Shown here piece by piece: positions 1-8,683 of a stretch of 32,000 nt of DNA. The DNA is from Vibrio cholerae ATCC 14035 (GTDB lineage Bacteria; Pseudomonadota; Gammaproteobacteria; Enterobacterales; Vibrionaceae). Location: NCBI RefSeq assembly GCF_000621645.1, contig NZ_JHXR01000016.1:30001-62000 (forward strand). Direction: 5' to 3'. The translations under genes and the position numbers were made by a program. Under the pieces are notes generated by a model, which was given only the letters and a program-made list of their open reading frames with translations, did no database searches and was not told the DNA's origin. Every line of letters begins with the position of its first letter. Position 1 is the stretch's first letter.

Positions 1-502
1 TCACGGGCAATAACCACTCCTCCATCAATAACTGCGCATCTCGCCGTGGATAAGGTAACGCGCCATAATCAATCGCCAGATCGTAATCACGCCGCTCACT
101 ATCGACCAACGCGCCTTCCGCGAACGTCTGAATCTGAATCTCAGGATGACGGCGATAAAAGTCCTCTAGCCGCGGAACCAACCATTTAAACGCAAATGAT
201 GGCGTCAGTTTCAGCCGGATCTCTTTTCGCTCCGTTGATGGCACTAAACTGTGAATTGTCTGCTCAATATCTTGATAGCTACGTTGCACCGTTGTCAGTA
301 AGATTCGTCCTGCCTCAGTTAAACGTACCCCGCGAGAGTGCCGTTCAAATAAGCTAAAACCCAACTGCGCTTCTAACTGCAACATTTGTTGGCTGATCGC
401 CCCCGTGGTGAGATGGAGAGCCGCAGCAGCTAAACTAAAGCTGGTGTATTGAGCTACCTGCATAAAAGTATGCAGACTGGCAACTTGCTGGCTTTTTAAC
501 AT
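1..502 (-). CDS. LysR-family transcriptional regulator; N-terminal 167 codons only, the gene runs off the left edge
   Basis: Manual reverse translation from the ATG at 502-500 gives MLKSQQVASLHTFMQVAQYTSFSLAAAALHLTTGAISQQMLQLEAQLGFSLFERHSRGVRLTEAG... This is a typical LysR winged-HTH N-terminus. The frame stays open to position 1. It is missing from the ORF track because no stop codon lies in the window. It is divergent from dadA. Confidence 0.85.
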   Translation of the reverse strand, partial: MLKSQQVASLHTFMQVAQYTSFSLAAAALHLTTGAISQQMLQLEAQLGFSLFERHSRGVRLTEAGRILLTTVQRSYQDIEQTIHSLVPSTERKEIRLKLTPSFAFKWLVPRLEDFYRRHPEIQIQTFAEGALVDSERRDYDLAIDYGALPYPRRDAQLLMEEWLLPV

Positions 503-512
503 GGACTTGCTT

Positions 513-525
513 TTAGTTTTACTAA
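513..525. promoter_or_regulatory. LysR-type T-N11-A box (TTAG-N5-CTAA dyad) in the LysR/dadA divergent promoter region
   Basis: The sequence ttagttttactaa is an interrupted dyad that fits the T-N11-A rule. It lies 11 nt upstream of the LysR ATG and about 80 nt upstream of dadA. Confidence 0.4.
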
Positions 526-602
526 AGGGTGGTGATAATTTTTATCGATTGTTAATGAAAAGTAAACCTCCGAAACTGAGCCGAAAATGAAGCAAGGAGT
601 CA

Positions 603-1868
603 ATGATGGAAGTTTTGGTTTTAGGCAGTGGTGTGGTCGGATTAACCAGCGCTTGGTATCTTGCGCAGGCAGGCCATGATGTCACCGTCGTCGATCGCCA
701 ACCACGTGGCGCCGAAGAAACCAGCTTTGCGAACGCAGGGCAAATCTCCTATGGCTACTCTTCCCCTTGGGCTGCGCCGGGCATTCCGCAAAAAGCGCTA
801 AAATGGATGCTGGAAAAACATGCACCACTCAAAATCCAACCCTCGCTTGATCCTGCATTACTGAGCTGGATGGGCAAAATGCTGCTCAACTGCCAGTTGT
901 CGCGCTACCAAGTTAACAAATCGCGGATGTTGGCGATTGCCAACTATAGCCGCGAGTGTTTAAAAGCGCTCAATCAAACCTATTCGCTCGATTACCAAGG
1001 CCGCCAACGCGGTACTTTGCAGGTATTTCGTGATGAAAAGCAGTTAACCGCGATTGAAAAAGACATGCAGCTTCTGGCGCAAAGTGGCGTACGTTTTGAG
1101 TTACTGAATGTCGCCCAGTGTCTGACTCATGAACCGGGGCTCGCCCCTGTGCAGGAAAAACTGGTGGGCGGCCTATGGCTGCCGGATGACGAAACGGGCG
1201 ATTATTACTTGTTTTGCCAACAGTTAACCGAACTGGCCAAGCAACAGGGTGTACGTTTTCATTTTGACTGCCACATTCAGCAACTGGTTTGTGAGGGCAA
1301 AAAGATCATCGGTGTCCAAACCGATTTAGGCTTGCTCAAAGCGGATGCTTATGTAGTCGCATTGGGCAGTTATTCGACCTCATTGCTTAAACCGCTGGGG
1401 ATTGAAATTCCTGTCTACCCAGTAAAAGGATACTCGTTAACCTTACCGATTATTGATGAAAAATTTGCGCCGCAATCGACCGTGATGGATGAAACCTATA
1501 AGGTTGCACTGACTCGCTTTTCCGATCGGATCCGCGTGGCGGGAACGGCTGAGTTAGCGGGTTTTGATCCAGCGATTCCAGAAGCACGTAAAGCGACGAT
1601 TGAGATGGTCGCGCGTGATTTGTTTCCGCACGGCGGCGATTTTGCAAAAGGGCAATTCTGGACCGGTTTTCGTCCCATGACTCCCGATGGCACACCAATC
1701 ATCGGTGCCACTCCCTATACCAATCTCTATACAAATACTGGGCATGGCACACTGGGATGGACCATGGCTTGCGGATCCGCCAGTATTCTGGCCGATGTGC
1801 TCACCCATGGCGAAAGCCCGCTCAGCCGTTTGGGGCTAGATCTGTTCCGTTATCCGAAAGCATCTTAA
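603..1868 (+). CDS. dadA: D-amino acid dehydrogenase small subunit (FAD-dependent)
   Basis: 421 aa. The N-terminal Rossmann motif is VLVLGSGVVGLTSAWYL, and the protein resembles E. coli DadA end to end (GQISYGYSSPWAAPG, PVYPVKGYSLT, TGHGTLGWTMACGS). The AGGAG at 595-599 favours the second ATG at 606 on spacing, so the start could be 603 or 606. Confidence 0.95.
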   Translation: MMEVLVLGSGVVGLTSAWYLAQAGHDVTVVDRQPRGAEETSFANAGQISYGYSSPWAAPGIPQKALKWMLEKHAPLKIQPSLDPALLSWMGKMLLNCQLSRYQVNKSRMLAIANYSRECLKALNQTYSLDYQGRQRGTLQVFRDEKQLTAIEKDMQLLAQSGVRFELLNVAQCLTHEPGLAPVQEKLVGGLWLPDDETGDYYLFCQQLTELAKQQGVRFHFDCHIQQLVCEGKKIIGVQTDLGLLKADAYVVALGSYSTSLLKPLGIEIPVYPVKGYSLTLPIIDEKFAPQSTVMDETYKVALTRFSDRIRVAGTAELAGFDPAIPEARKATIEMVARDLFPHGGDFAKGQFWTGFRPMTPDGTPIIGATPYTNLYTNTGHGTLGWTMACGSASILADVLTHGESPLSRLGLDLFRYPKAS

Positions 1869-1921
1869 ATGCGCGGCTTTTTGGCTCTGCCTGCAGGAGC
1901 ATGGCAGAGTCATCTCTCACA

Positions 1922-1950
1922 ATCCGCACGCCATCCGCACGCCATCCGCA
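1922..1950. repeat. Short tandem repeat: 11-nt unit atccgcacgcc, about 2.6 copies
   Basis: Read directly: atccgcacgcc atccgcacgcc atccgca, located 55 nt downstream of the dadA stop. Confidence 0.9.
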
Positions 1951-2245
1951 GTGTAAAACTCCAATAAGCTGACTAAATTATGGTCATTTCTTATTTATTT
2001 TTATCCTACTTAACCAAAGCATAAAATTTTTATCTAGCACATATCACCCACCAGATTGACCAAAAACTCACCACACCCTCCAATACTCAGCCCGTTGTAC
2101 AACGAATAAACAGTTTTTGTGTTCAGCGTCACGCATCCATTCTTTGCCAGATAAAAGAATTAACATTTGAGTTACAAAAAGATTAATATACCGAACACAC
2201 AACAGACACAATAAACACAACAACTCATTTACAGGGAAACTACTT

Positions 2246-3796
2246 ATGCAGTCATTTGTTGATTTTCTGAATGGAATCATCTGGAGTCCGGCGCTGATTT
2301 ATCTCTGCCTCGGTGCTGGCTTGTTTTATTCCGTTCTGACTCGTTTTGTACAGGTTCGTCACTTCTTCGAAATGTGGCGCCTACTTCTGAATAATAAAGA
2401 GTCCTCAAAAGGGATCTCCTCTTTCCAAGCGCTCGCCGTATCACTCTCAGGCCGTGTGGGTACCGGTAACATTGCTGGGGTTGCTGCCGCTATCGGTTTC
2501 GGTGGCCCGGGTGCGGTATTCTGGATGTGGATGGTTGCGTTTTTTGGTGCCGCCACCGCGTATGCAGAATCCACACTGGCGCAAATTTATAAAGAAGAAG
2601 ACAACGGTGAATTCCGTGGCGGCCCCGCTTACTACATCGAAAAAGCCATGGGTCAAAAATGGTACGCTTGGGTCTTCGCGATTGCGACCATCTTTGCTTG
2701 TGGGGTGTTGCTGCCTGGCGTGCAATCTAACAGTATCGGCAACGCCGTTGAGTCAGCATTTGGCTCAGGCCCAATGATTGAAACCGCACTCGGCACCTTT
2801 AGCTTTGCCAAAATTTTCACCGGTACGGTGATTTCAATCCTACTTGGCTTCATTATCTTTGGTGGCGTAAAACGTATTGCAAGCTTCACTCAGATCGTGG
2901 TGCCTTTTATGGCGCTGGCGTACATCATCACTGCGTTCGTGATCATTCTGCTCAACATCGGTGAAGTTCCACGCATTATTGCGATGATCGTCGGCGACGC
3001 ATTCTCACCGATGGCCGGCGTAGGTGCGGCGATTGGTTGGGGGGTAAAACGTGGGGTTTACTCTAACGAAGCAGGTCAAGGTACTGGTCCACACGCCGCA
3101 GCGGCAGCCAGTGTAGAACACCCTGCGCAGCAAGGTTTGGTACAGTCTTTCTCTATCTACATTGATACCTTGATGGTCTGTTCTGCCACCGCGTTCATGA
3201 TTTTGATCACCGGCGCTTACAACGTTCACGGTGCCGCTGAAGGCATGTTCCTTGTGCAAAACCTGCCAGCGGACATCATTGCCAGCAGCCCAGCCTTTAC
3301 CCAAATTGCGGTAGATAGTGCCCTCCCCGGCATTGGTAAACCGTTCGTGGCGTTTGCGTTGTTCTTCTTCGCCTTTACTACAATTTTGGCTTACTACTAC
3401 ATCGCTGAGACTAACGTGGCCTATATCCGCCGTACCTTCAAAGTCGATGGTTTGATGTTTGTGCTCAAACTTGTACTGATGGCATCGGTATTCTACGGCA
3501 CAGTGAAAACCGCGAACTTGGCATGGGCGCTGGGTGATGTCGGGGTAGGCTTAATGGCTTGGCTCAACATTGTCGGCATCATCATCATCTTCTTTATGTC
3601 TAAGCCAACCATGGCGGCTTTGAAAGATTATGAAGATCAGCAAAAACAAGGTGTGACCGAATTTACCTTCAACCCAGTGAAGCTTGGTATCAAAGGGGCG
3701 ACGTACTGGGAAGGGAAATACCTTCGCAAAACGGGCAAAGCCCCAACCGCGGAAGTGAAAGAGACCCAAAGGGTAGAGCAAACTAGCTCACTATAA
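2246..3796 (+). CDS. Sodium:alanine (amino acid) symporter, AGCS family
   Basis: 516 aa polytopic membrane protein. It carries AGCS-type motifs (GRVGTGNIAGVAAAI, SNEAGQGTGPHAAAAA). An AGGGA Shine-Dalgarno lies 8 nt upstream of the ATG. Confidence 0.9.
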   Translation: MQSFVDFLNGIIWSPALIYLCLGAGLFYSVLTRFVQVRHFFEMWRLLLNNKESSKGISSFQALAVSLSGRVGTGNIAGVAAAIGFGGPGAVFWMWMVAFFGAATAYAESTLAQIYKEEDNGEFRGGPAYYIEKAMGQKWYAWVFAIATIFACGVLLPGVQSNSIGNAVESAFGSGPMIETALGTFSFAKIFTGTVISILLGFIIFGGVKRIASFTQIVVPFMALAYIITAFVIILLNIGEVPRIIAMIVGDAFSPMAGVGAAIGWGVKRGVYSNEAGQGTGPHAAAAASVEHPAQQGLVQSFSIYIDTLMVCSATAFMILITGAYNVHGAAEGMFLVQNLPADIIASSPAFTQIAVDSALPGIGKPFVAFALFFFAFTTILAYYYIAETNVAYIRRTFKVDGLMFVLKLVLMASVFYGTVKTANLAWALGDVGVGLMAWLNIVGIIIIFFMSKPTMAALKDYEDQQKQGVTEFTFNPVKLGIKGATYWEGKYLRKTGKAPTAEVKETQRVEQTSSL

Positions 3797-3827
3797 GAAA
3801 AAGCAGTGAACACAACATAAATAAGTC

Positions 3828-3860
3828 AAAGGGTTAGCATTCGCTAACCCTTTATTTTTC
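3828..3860. terminator. Rho-independent terminator between the convergent symporter and sulfatase genes
   Basis: The sequence is aaagggttagc-attc-gctaacccttt followed by atttttc: a perfect 11-bp stem, a 4-nt loop and a T-run on the + strand. The T-run on the minus strand is weaker. Confidence 0.85.
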
Positions 3861-3875
3861 AACTCAAGGTGAAGA

Positions 3876-5858
3876 TTACTTCGTTTTCGGTTCGATAATA
3901 TTGAACCAGAATTCGAAGTTATCCAGCATACCTGCGATATCGGTCAGCGCTTGCGCGTTGCCTTCAATCTTCGCTTTGCCTTCTTTGGCCAACTGTTGAA
4001 TGGTGGTTTTACCCATCAATACTTGATTGAGCTGAGCACGATTGAGAGTCAGCGTCATATCCGGATTCTCCGATTGAATGCCTTTTAAGTTATTCAAGTG
4101 GGCATTTTCCAGTTCAACCAAGAATTTCTCATTCACATCTGGCAAGACGAAATTAATGGTGTAATCAATACCAGCGGCTTTGTCGCCATTGAGGCGAACG
4201 CCCAAATAGTCGAGGAACAGCTCAGTATCCATCGCCACAACCGTATCAGCACCCGCCGTTTTGGTTGCTGACACTTTCGGTACCCCATTACGCAACTCAT
4301 ACGCGCCCATCAAATAAGTGTTACGCTCCCCTGCCGATTCACTCTGGTAGCCCAGTTGCTCCAAGCAATCCGCCTGTAAGTAACGAGCTTGTTTATTGCT
4401 CGGCTCTGCAAACACGGCTTTATCGACAATCTCTGCACACCAACGAAACTCGCCTTTATCAAACGCTTCTTTCCCAAGCTTAATCACGTTATCCATGCCG
4501 CCCATCGCCGCGACATATTTAGGAGCCGCATCGGTTGGAGCCAATGGGCGTAACGTGGCGGGATTCATATCAAAATACCCCAGATATTTGTTGATCACCG
4601 CTTTAGCATTGCGGTGGTAACTACCGTGATAACCTCGGTTGTACCACTCGTGTGCTAACACATCCGGTACATGGAATTCGTCTTGAATTTCATTGATGGT
4701 GACACCGTGGTTGGCCAAACGTAAAGCCTGATCATGAATGTAGCCGTACATATCACGCTGTTTACGCAGGAAATGGTTGATATTGTCGTTCCCCCAACGC
4801 GGCCATGTGTGTGAAGCAAACATCACATCCGCCTCTTTCGCGTACATATGAATCGACTCATTGATGTATTTGCTCCACGCCTTGGCATCTCGCACTTCTG
4901 CACCACGTAAGGTGTAGACGTTGTGCAAACCACCAACGGTGTTTTCTGCCATCCACAAGGCTTTAAACTGTGGGAAGTAGGTGTTCATTTCCGCTGGAGA
5001 TTCGGTTCCCGGTGTATTCTGGAACTCCATGGTTACGCCATCGATCACCACAGTTTCCGTTTGCTCAGAAATGACTTTGGTTGGCGCAATCAAGCTCACT
5101 TCACCTTGCGCGACATTCTTACCAATCGCGGCATCCACCTGCCCGGTCGCCCCTTTCGGTAAAACGTTGCCATATTGATAAGTCGTACGACGCGACATGG
5201 CATTTCCTGCCAAAACATTCTCAGCCACCGCGTGATTTAAAAAGCCTTTCGGTGCGATGATCGGCACTTCACCTCGGTCGACCTGCTCTTGGCTCACAAT
5301 GCCTTTGACACCACCAAAATGGTCAGCATGCGCATGACTGTACACCACAGCTTTAACGGGACGCTCACCTAGCTCTTGGTTAACAAAATCCAGCGCCGCT
5401 TTAGCCGTAGCAGGAACGGTCAATGGATCAAACACAATCCATCCCGTATCGCCCTTTACAAAGGTGATGTTGGCCAGATCGTAGCCACGTACCTGATAAA
5501 TGCGATCCGTCACTTTATACAGGCCGTGATGCATATTCAGTTGCGCTTGACGCTGTAAACTAGGATGGATGCTGTCATAGTCGAGTCCATCCAATAAAAA
5601 GCGGTAATTACCCAATTCCCAAACCACCTTGCCATTCGCATCTTTGATTTCGAGATCTTTTTGCTGCGCGATCAGACCTTTCTCGACCAATTTGAAATCT
5701 TCCTGATCCGCAAACGGCAGCGTATTGCGTTGCTCAGCCGCAAACGCTTTTGTGGTAGGGCTCGGGGCTTTGGTATCCGCAATCAATGAATGAGCTAATA
5801 CGGGCGCAGAGGCGGCCACTAATACCGCCAACAAAGTGGGTTTAAAGACTGTTTTCAT
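3876..5858 (-). CDS. Secreted metallo-beta-lactamase-fold alkyl/aryl sulfatase (SdsA1/YjcS type)
   Basis: 660 aa. Signal peptide MKTVFKPTLLAVLVAASAPVLA-HS. MBL metal motif YSHAHADHFGG. The long C-terminal dimerisation/SCP2-like region is typical of SdsA1-type alkyl sulfatases. A GAGAG Shine-Dalgarno lies upstream. Confidence 0.85.
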   Translation of the reverse strand: MKTVFKPTLLAVLVAASAPVLAHSLIADTKAPSPTTKAFAAEQRNTLPFADQEDFKLVEKGLIAQQKDLEIKDANGKVVWELGNYRFLLDGLDYDSIHPSLQRQAQLNMHHGLYKVTDRIYQVRGYDLANITFVKGDTGWIVFDPLTVPATAKAALDFVNQELGERPVKAVVYSHAHADHFGGVKGIVSQEQVDRGEVPIIAPKGFLNHAVAENVLAGNAMSRRTTYQYGNVLPKGATGQVDAAIGKNVAQGEVSLIAPTKVISEQTETVVIDGVTMEFQNTPGTESPAEMNTYFPQFKALWMAENTVGGLHNVYTLRGAEVRDAKAWSKYINESIHMYAKEADVMFASHTWPRWGNDNINHFLRKQRDMYGYIHDQALRLANHGVTINEIQDEFHVPDVLAHEWYNRGYHGSYHRNAKAVINKYLGYFDMNPATLRPLAPTDAAPKYVAAMGGMDNVIKLGKEAFDKGEFRWCAEIVDKAVFAEPSNKQARYLQADCLEQLGYQSESAGERNTYLMGAYELRNGVPKVSATKTAGADTVVAMDTELFLDYLGVRLNGDKAAGIDYTINFVLPDVNEKFLVELENAHLNNLKGIQSENPDMTLTLNRAQLNQVLMGKTTIQQLAKEGKAKIEGNAQALTDIAGMLDNFEFWFNIIEPKTK

Positions 5859-5927
5859 TGGGAATCTCTCTTTTTAGTCATTAGGGAACAAGGACAAGGA
5901 TATGAGAGAAATTGCCGACAAACGATT

Positions 5928-5982
5928 CGCCAAACAATAATCAATAGTTAAGCATTGCTTAACTATTGATTATTGTTTGGCG
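5928..5982. repeat. Perfect 55-bp palindrome: 27-bp arms around one central nucleotide
   Basis: The left arm cgccaaacaataatcaatagttaagca (5928-5954) is the exact reverse complement of the right arm tgcttaactattgattattgtttggcg (5956-5982). It lies 70-124 nt upstream of the sulfatase ATG and 94 nt downstream of the LysR stop. Confidence 0.95.
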
Positions 5983-6075
5983 CTGCCGCGAGAGAGCACT
6001 TGAGTGAATCACCATACGCGAAGACACGCTATGGCATGGAGAGAAACAAGAACGCAGCCAATAAATTGTGTGACC

Positions 6076-6996
6076 TTAAATAGATTGAGGATTGGCGCAG
6101 AGAATCGCCTCAATTTGCTCGCGCAGCCAAATCAGCCCTTTATCTTGCTGTTTGGCTTTATGCCAGCACATAAAAGTCGGAACCGAGCGGATTTCAAACG
6201 GCAAAGGTTGGATCTGTAAACCCAATTTCTCCGCCCACATATCCGCTAAACGCTTTGGAGTAAAACAGAGCAGATCGGTGACGGATGCGGTCGCCATCAA
6301 ATTGAGCATCGACTCACTTTGATAATGCACTCGACGTGCGGGCAGCACCTGATCGACTAGGCTAGAAAAGAGATAATTACCAAAGCGACGACTGGTTAAT
6401 GCAGTGTGTTTTTCTGCAAAAAACTGCTCAAAACTGAGGGTACTTCCAAGACGCGGATGATTTTTGGCATACACCACAACCAAGGCCTCCTCCGCCACCT
6501 GTGTGGTGACGATAGAGGGATGGCTGATGGGTAATGCAGCCAAAAACAGATCCGCCTCTCGCTCACTTAATACTTGGCTTGGTGTGAAATGATCGTCCTC
6601 ATAAGACTTTAAATTCACCGTGATATGCGGGGCGATGTCGCTGATTTTTTGCAAAAGTGGCGGTAATACCACCAAATCGAAATAGCCCTGACCGCCAATA
6701 ATAAACTCACGCTTACTGGTTGCAGGATCAAAACCGGCATCGGTTTCTAAACCAAAACGAATGGCACTCAAGCCTTCCGCCACATGTTTGTGCATATTGA
6801 GCGCATACTGCGTCGGCTGTAACCCACGTCCCTGACGGATAAACAACGGATCGCCAACTTGTTCTCGTAAGCGTGATAAATTTTGACTCACCGCTGCGGA
6901 AGTCATACCTAGCTTATCCGCTGCTTTACTGACTGAGCCTAATTTCATGACAGAATCAAATACCGTCAGCAGGTTTAGATCATAATCACGCAGCAT
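6076..6996 (-). CDS. LysR-family transcriptional regulator
   Basis: The ORF-track start at 7002 is a TTG. The first ATG is at 6996 and gives MLRDYDLNLLTVFDSVMKLGSVSKAADKLGMTSAAVSQNLSRLRE..., a classic LysR HTH (306 aa). It lies directly upstream of the sulfatase on the same strand. Confidence 0.85.
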   Translation of the reverse strand: MLRDYDLNLLTVFDSVMKLGSVSKAADKLGMTSAAVSQNLSRLREQVGDPLFIRQGRGLQPTQYALNMHKHVAEGLSAIRFGLETDAGFDPATSKREFIIGGQGYFDLVVLPPLLQKISDIAPHITVNLKSYEDDHFTPSQVLSEREADLFLAALPISHPSIVTTQVAEEALVVVYAKNHPRLGSTLSFEQFFAEKHTALTSRRFGNYLFSSLVDQVLPARRVHYQSESMLNLMATASVTDLLCFTPKRLADMWAEKLGLQIQPLPFEIRSVPTFMCWHKAKQQDKGLIWLREQIEAILCANPQSI

Positions 6997-7011
6997 AATC
7001 AATAAGTTAAC

Positions 7012-7725
7012 TCAAGTAGGTAAGGTGGGGACATGATACTCGATTTTGCCTAGCATTGGTAACACGCTGACGGTCAATACTCGCTGTTGTTCAAACCAAC
7101 GAAAGTAAACCTCACAACTCTGTTGTGCGGCATTAGGTACGCGCGTCAATGTGAAACTCATTTTGTTTGGCTCCAGTGAACTGAGCTGGGCATCGCAGAA
7201 ATCAAGGTAGAGGTGTACTTGTGGGAATAGTGCTTTAAATAGACTCTCTTTTGCAGAAAACAGCAAAGTCACCGCTGAAGCGAGATCGAACTGTTGCGCC
7301 AACAGTGCCCACTCTTGGGCGGTGCCGATTATAGCTTGCACCTCACTAGCGGTTTGATGTGCGAGCCGATGTTCAATATCAATACCAAGCGAGAGGTGTT
7401 CTGCCTTAAGCACAGTGCATACTGCCCAGCCGTCACAATGGGCGATCGAGCCCGTGATCCCCGCAGGCCATAGTGGCTCACGATGGGTTCCGATAGCAAT
7501 TGGCCTATCATAACCCTGCCCGATCTGTTTGAGCGCTTGCTGCGCTAACTTACGTCCTGCGACAAATTCCGCTTGGCGCTTAACCACGGCCTTGTGCAGG
7601 CTATGGTAGGTGGGAGGGGCTAAATAGTGCTGCTGATCCTCATCAAATTGCTGAGGATCGAATTGGCAAACCTGAATTGTCAGCCCTGCCAGCTCAATCG
7701 CTGGCATTGAAATCATAAAAGCCAT
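7012..7725 (-). CDS. vibD: 4'-phosphopantetheinyl transferase (EntD/Sfp family) of the vibriobactin pathway
   Basis: PPTase motifs GIDIEH and FSAKESLFKA are present, along with the EntD-like stretch REPLWPAGITGSIAHC. The track ORF runs to 7797 but overlaps viuC. The ATG at 7725 lies 2 nt after the viuC stop (7728-7730), which suggests translational coupling. ATGs at 7716 and 7707 are alternatives. Confidence 0.85.
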   Translation of the reverse strand: MAFMISMPAIELAGLTIQVCQFDPQQFDEDQQHYLAPPTYHSLHKAVVKRQAEFVAGRKLAQQALKQIGQGYDRPIAIGTHREPLWPAGITGSIAHCDGWAVCTVLKAEHLSLGIDIEHRLAHQTASEVQAIIGTAQEWALLAQQFDLASAVTLLFSAKESLFKALFPQVHLYLDFCDAQLSSLEPNKMSFTLTRVPNAAQQSCEVYFRWFEQQRVLTVSVLPMLGKIEYHVPTLPT

Positions 7726-7727
7726 GT

Positions 7728-8567
7728 TTAACCGCGCTTTAACGAATAAGGTATAATCAAAGGCGTGCAGGAGATAGGATCGGGCATAACGACACAATCA
7801 ATCCCAAAGACTTGCTTAACCAATGCTGGAGTCACCAAAGAGTGTGGATCGCCCTGCGCGACGATTTTGCCTTCTTGCAACACAATCAGATGGTCAGCGT
7901 AACGACACGCCTGATTCAGATCGTGCAGCACGGCGACTAGAGTATGCCCTTGCTGACGATTAAGCCGCCAAAAGAGATCGAGCAGTTCGATTTGGTGAGC
8001 AATATCAAGATAAGTGGTTGGTTCATCAAGCAGTAAATACGGCGTTTGCTGCGCCAGCGCCATGGCGACCCAAACCCGCTGACGCTGACCGCCGGAAAGC
8101 TGATCCACACTATGCTGCGCAAGCTCATGGACGTGAGTGGCTCGCATCGCCTCTTCTACCGCTCGTTCATCCACCCTGCTCCATTGGCGAAATAGCCCTT
8201 GGTGAGGATAACGGCCACGAGAGACCAAATCGACCACCTTTATCCCTTCGGGTGTCAACGCGCTTTGAGGCAGTAATCCTAGCTGCTTGGCTACCACCTT
8301 GGTCGGCAATTGGTGAATATTCTGACCATCCAGTAATACTTGCCCAGCCAGCGGCTTGAGTAAACGGCACAAGCTTTTTAGCAAGGTCGATTTACCACAG
8401 CCATTAGGCCCAACTATCACCGAAAATTTCCCGTGCGGAATCGCCAAATCCAGCGCATCACACACCGATTTTCCTTCATAACCTAAACTCAGTCGCTCAG
8501 TCTTAAGCCTGTGATGTTCAGCCTTTAATGCAGCGCTCTGTAAGTCAGCATCCCAAATTGTGTCCAT
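7728..8567 (-). CDS. viuC: Ferric-catecholate ABC transporter, ATP-binding protein (FepC-like)
   Basis: 279 aa. Walker A GPNGCGKST, ABC signature LSGGQRQR, Walker B LLLDEPTTYLD. It sits in the viuPDGC gene context. Confidence 0.93.
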   Translation of the reverse strand: MDTIWDADLQSAALKAEHHRLKTERLSLGYEGKSVCDALDLAIPHGKFSVIVGPNGCGKSTLLKSLCRLLKPLAGQVLLDGQNIHQLPTKVVAKQLGLLPQSALTPEGIKVVDLVSRGRYPHQGLFRQWSRVDERAVEEAMRATHVHELAQHSVDQLSGGQRQRVWVAMALAQQTPYLLLDEPTTYLDIAHQIELLDLFWRLNRQQGHTLVAVLHDLNQACRYADHLIVLQEGKIVAQGDPHSLVTPALVKQVFGIDCVVMPDPISCTPLIIPYSLKRG

Positions 8568-8683
8568 AACGGCATTTCACTCAATCAAAATTCTCTTTAT
8601 TCCGCAAAGCGTTGAATGGCTCAAAGCACAGGCTGACGACTGCGCGCAAATAGCCTAAAAAACCTGTCGGCATGTGATGCGGC

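Noticed and set aside
1869-2245. Possible glycine riboswitch upstream of the sodium:alanine symporter, by analogy with a V. cholerae symporter gene that has one
   Set aside because: I scanned the 377-nt leader for the conserved glycine-aptamer elements (GGAGAG...ACCGAAGGGGCAA type) and found none. The region is AT-rich and CA-rich without the required paired elements.
5990-6030. ERIC/IRU-like repeat next to the 55-bp palindrome, suggested by the gtgaatc string
   Set aside because: Only a 7-nt coincidence with the ERIC core. The rest of the consensus is absent.
7726-7797. N-terminal extensions in the ORF track: vibD to 7797, vibC from 14122, vibE from 15386, chitinase to 20858, guaB to 24223, xseA from 24371, alaX-like to 27201, LysR to 7002, vibH from 11943
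   Set aside because: I read most of these track start codons as TTG or GTG; the vibD and vibE ones I did not check. The extensions overlap upstream genes, terminators or Fur-box/promoter DNA. Downstream starts have Shine-Dalgarno sequences and match the N-termini of homologs.
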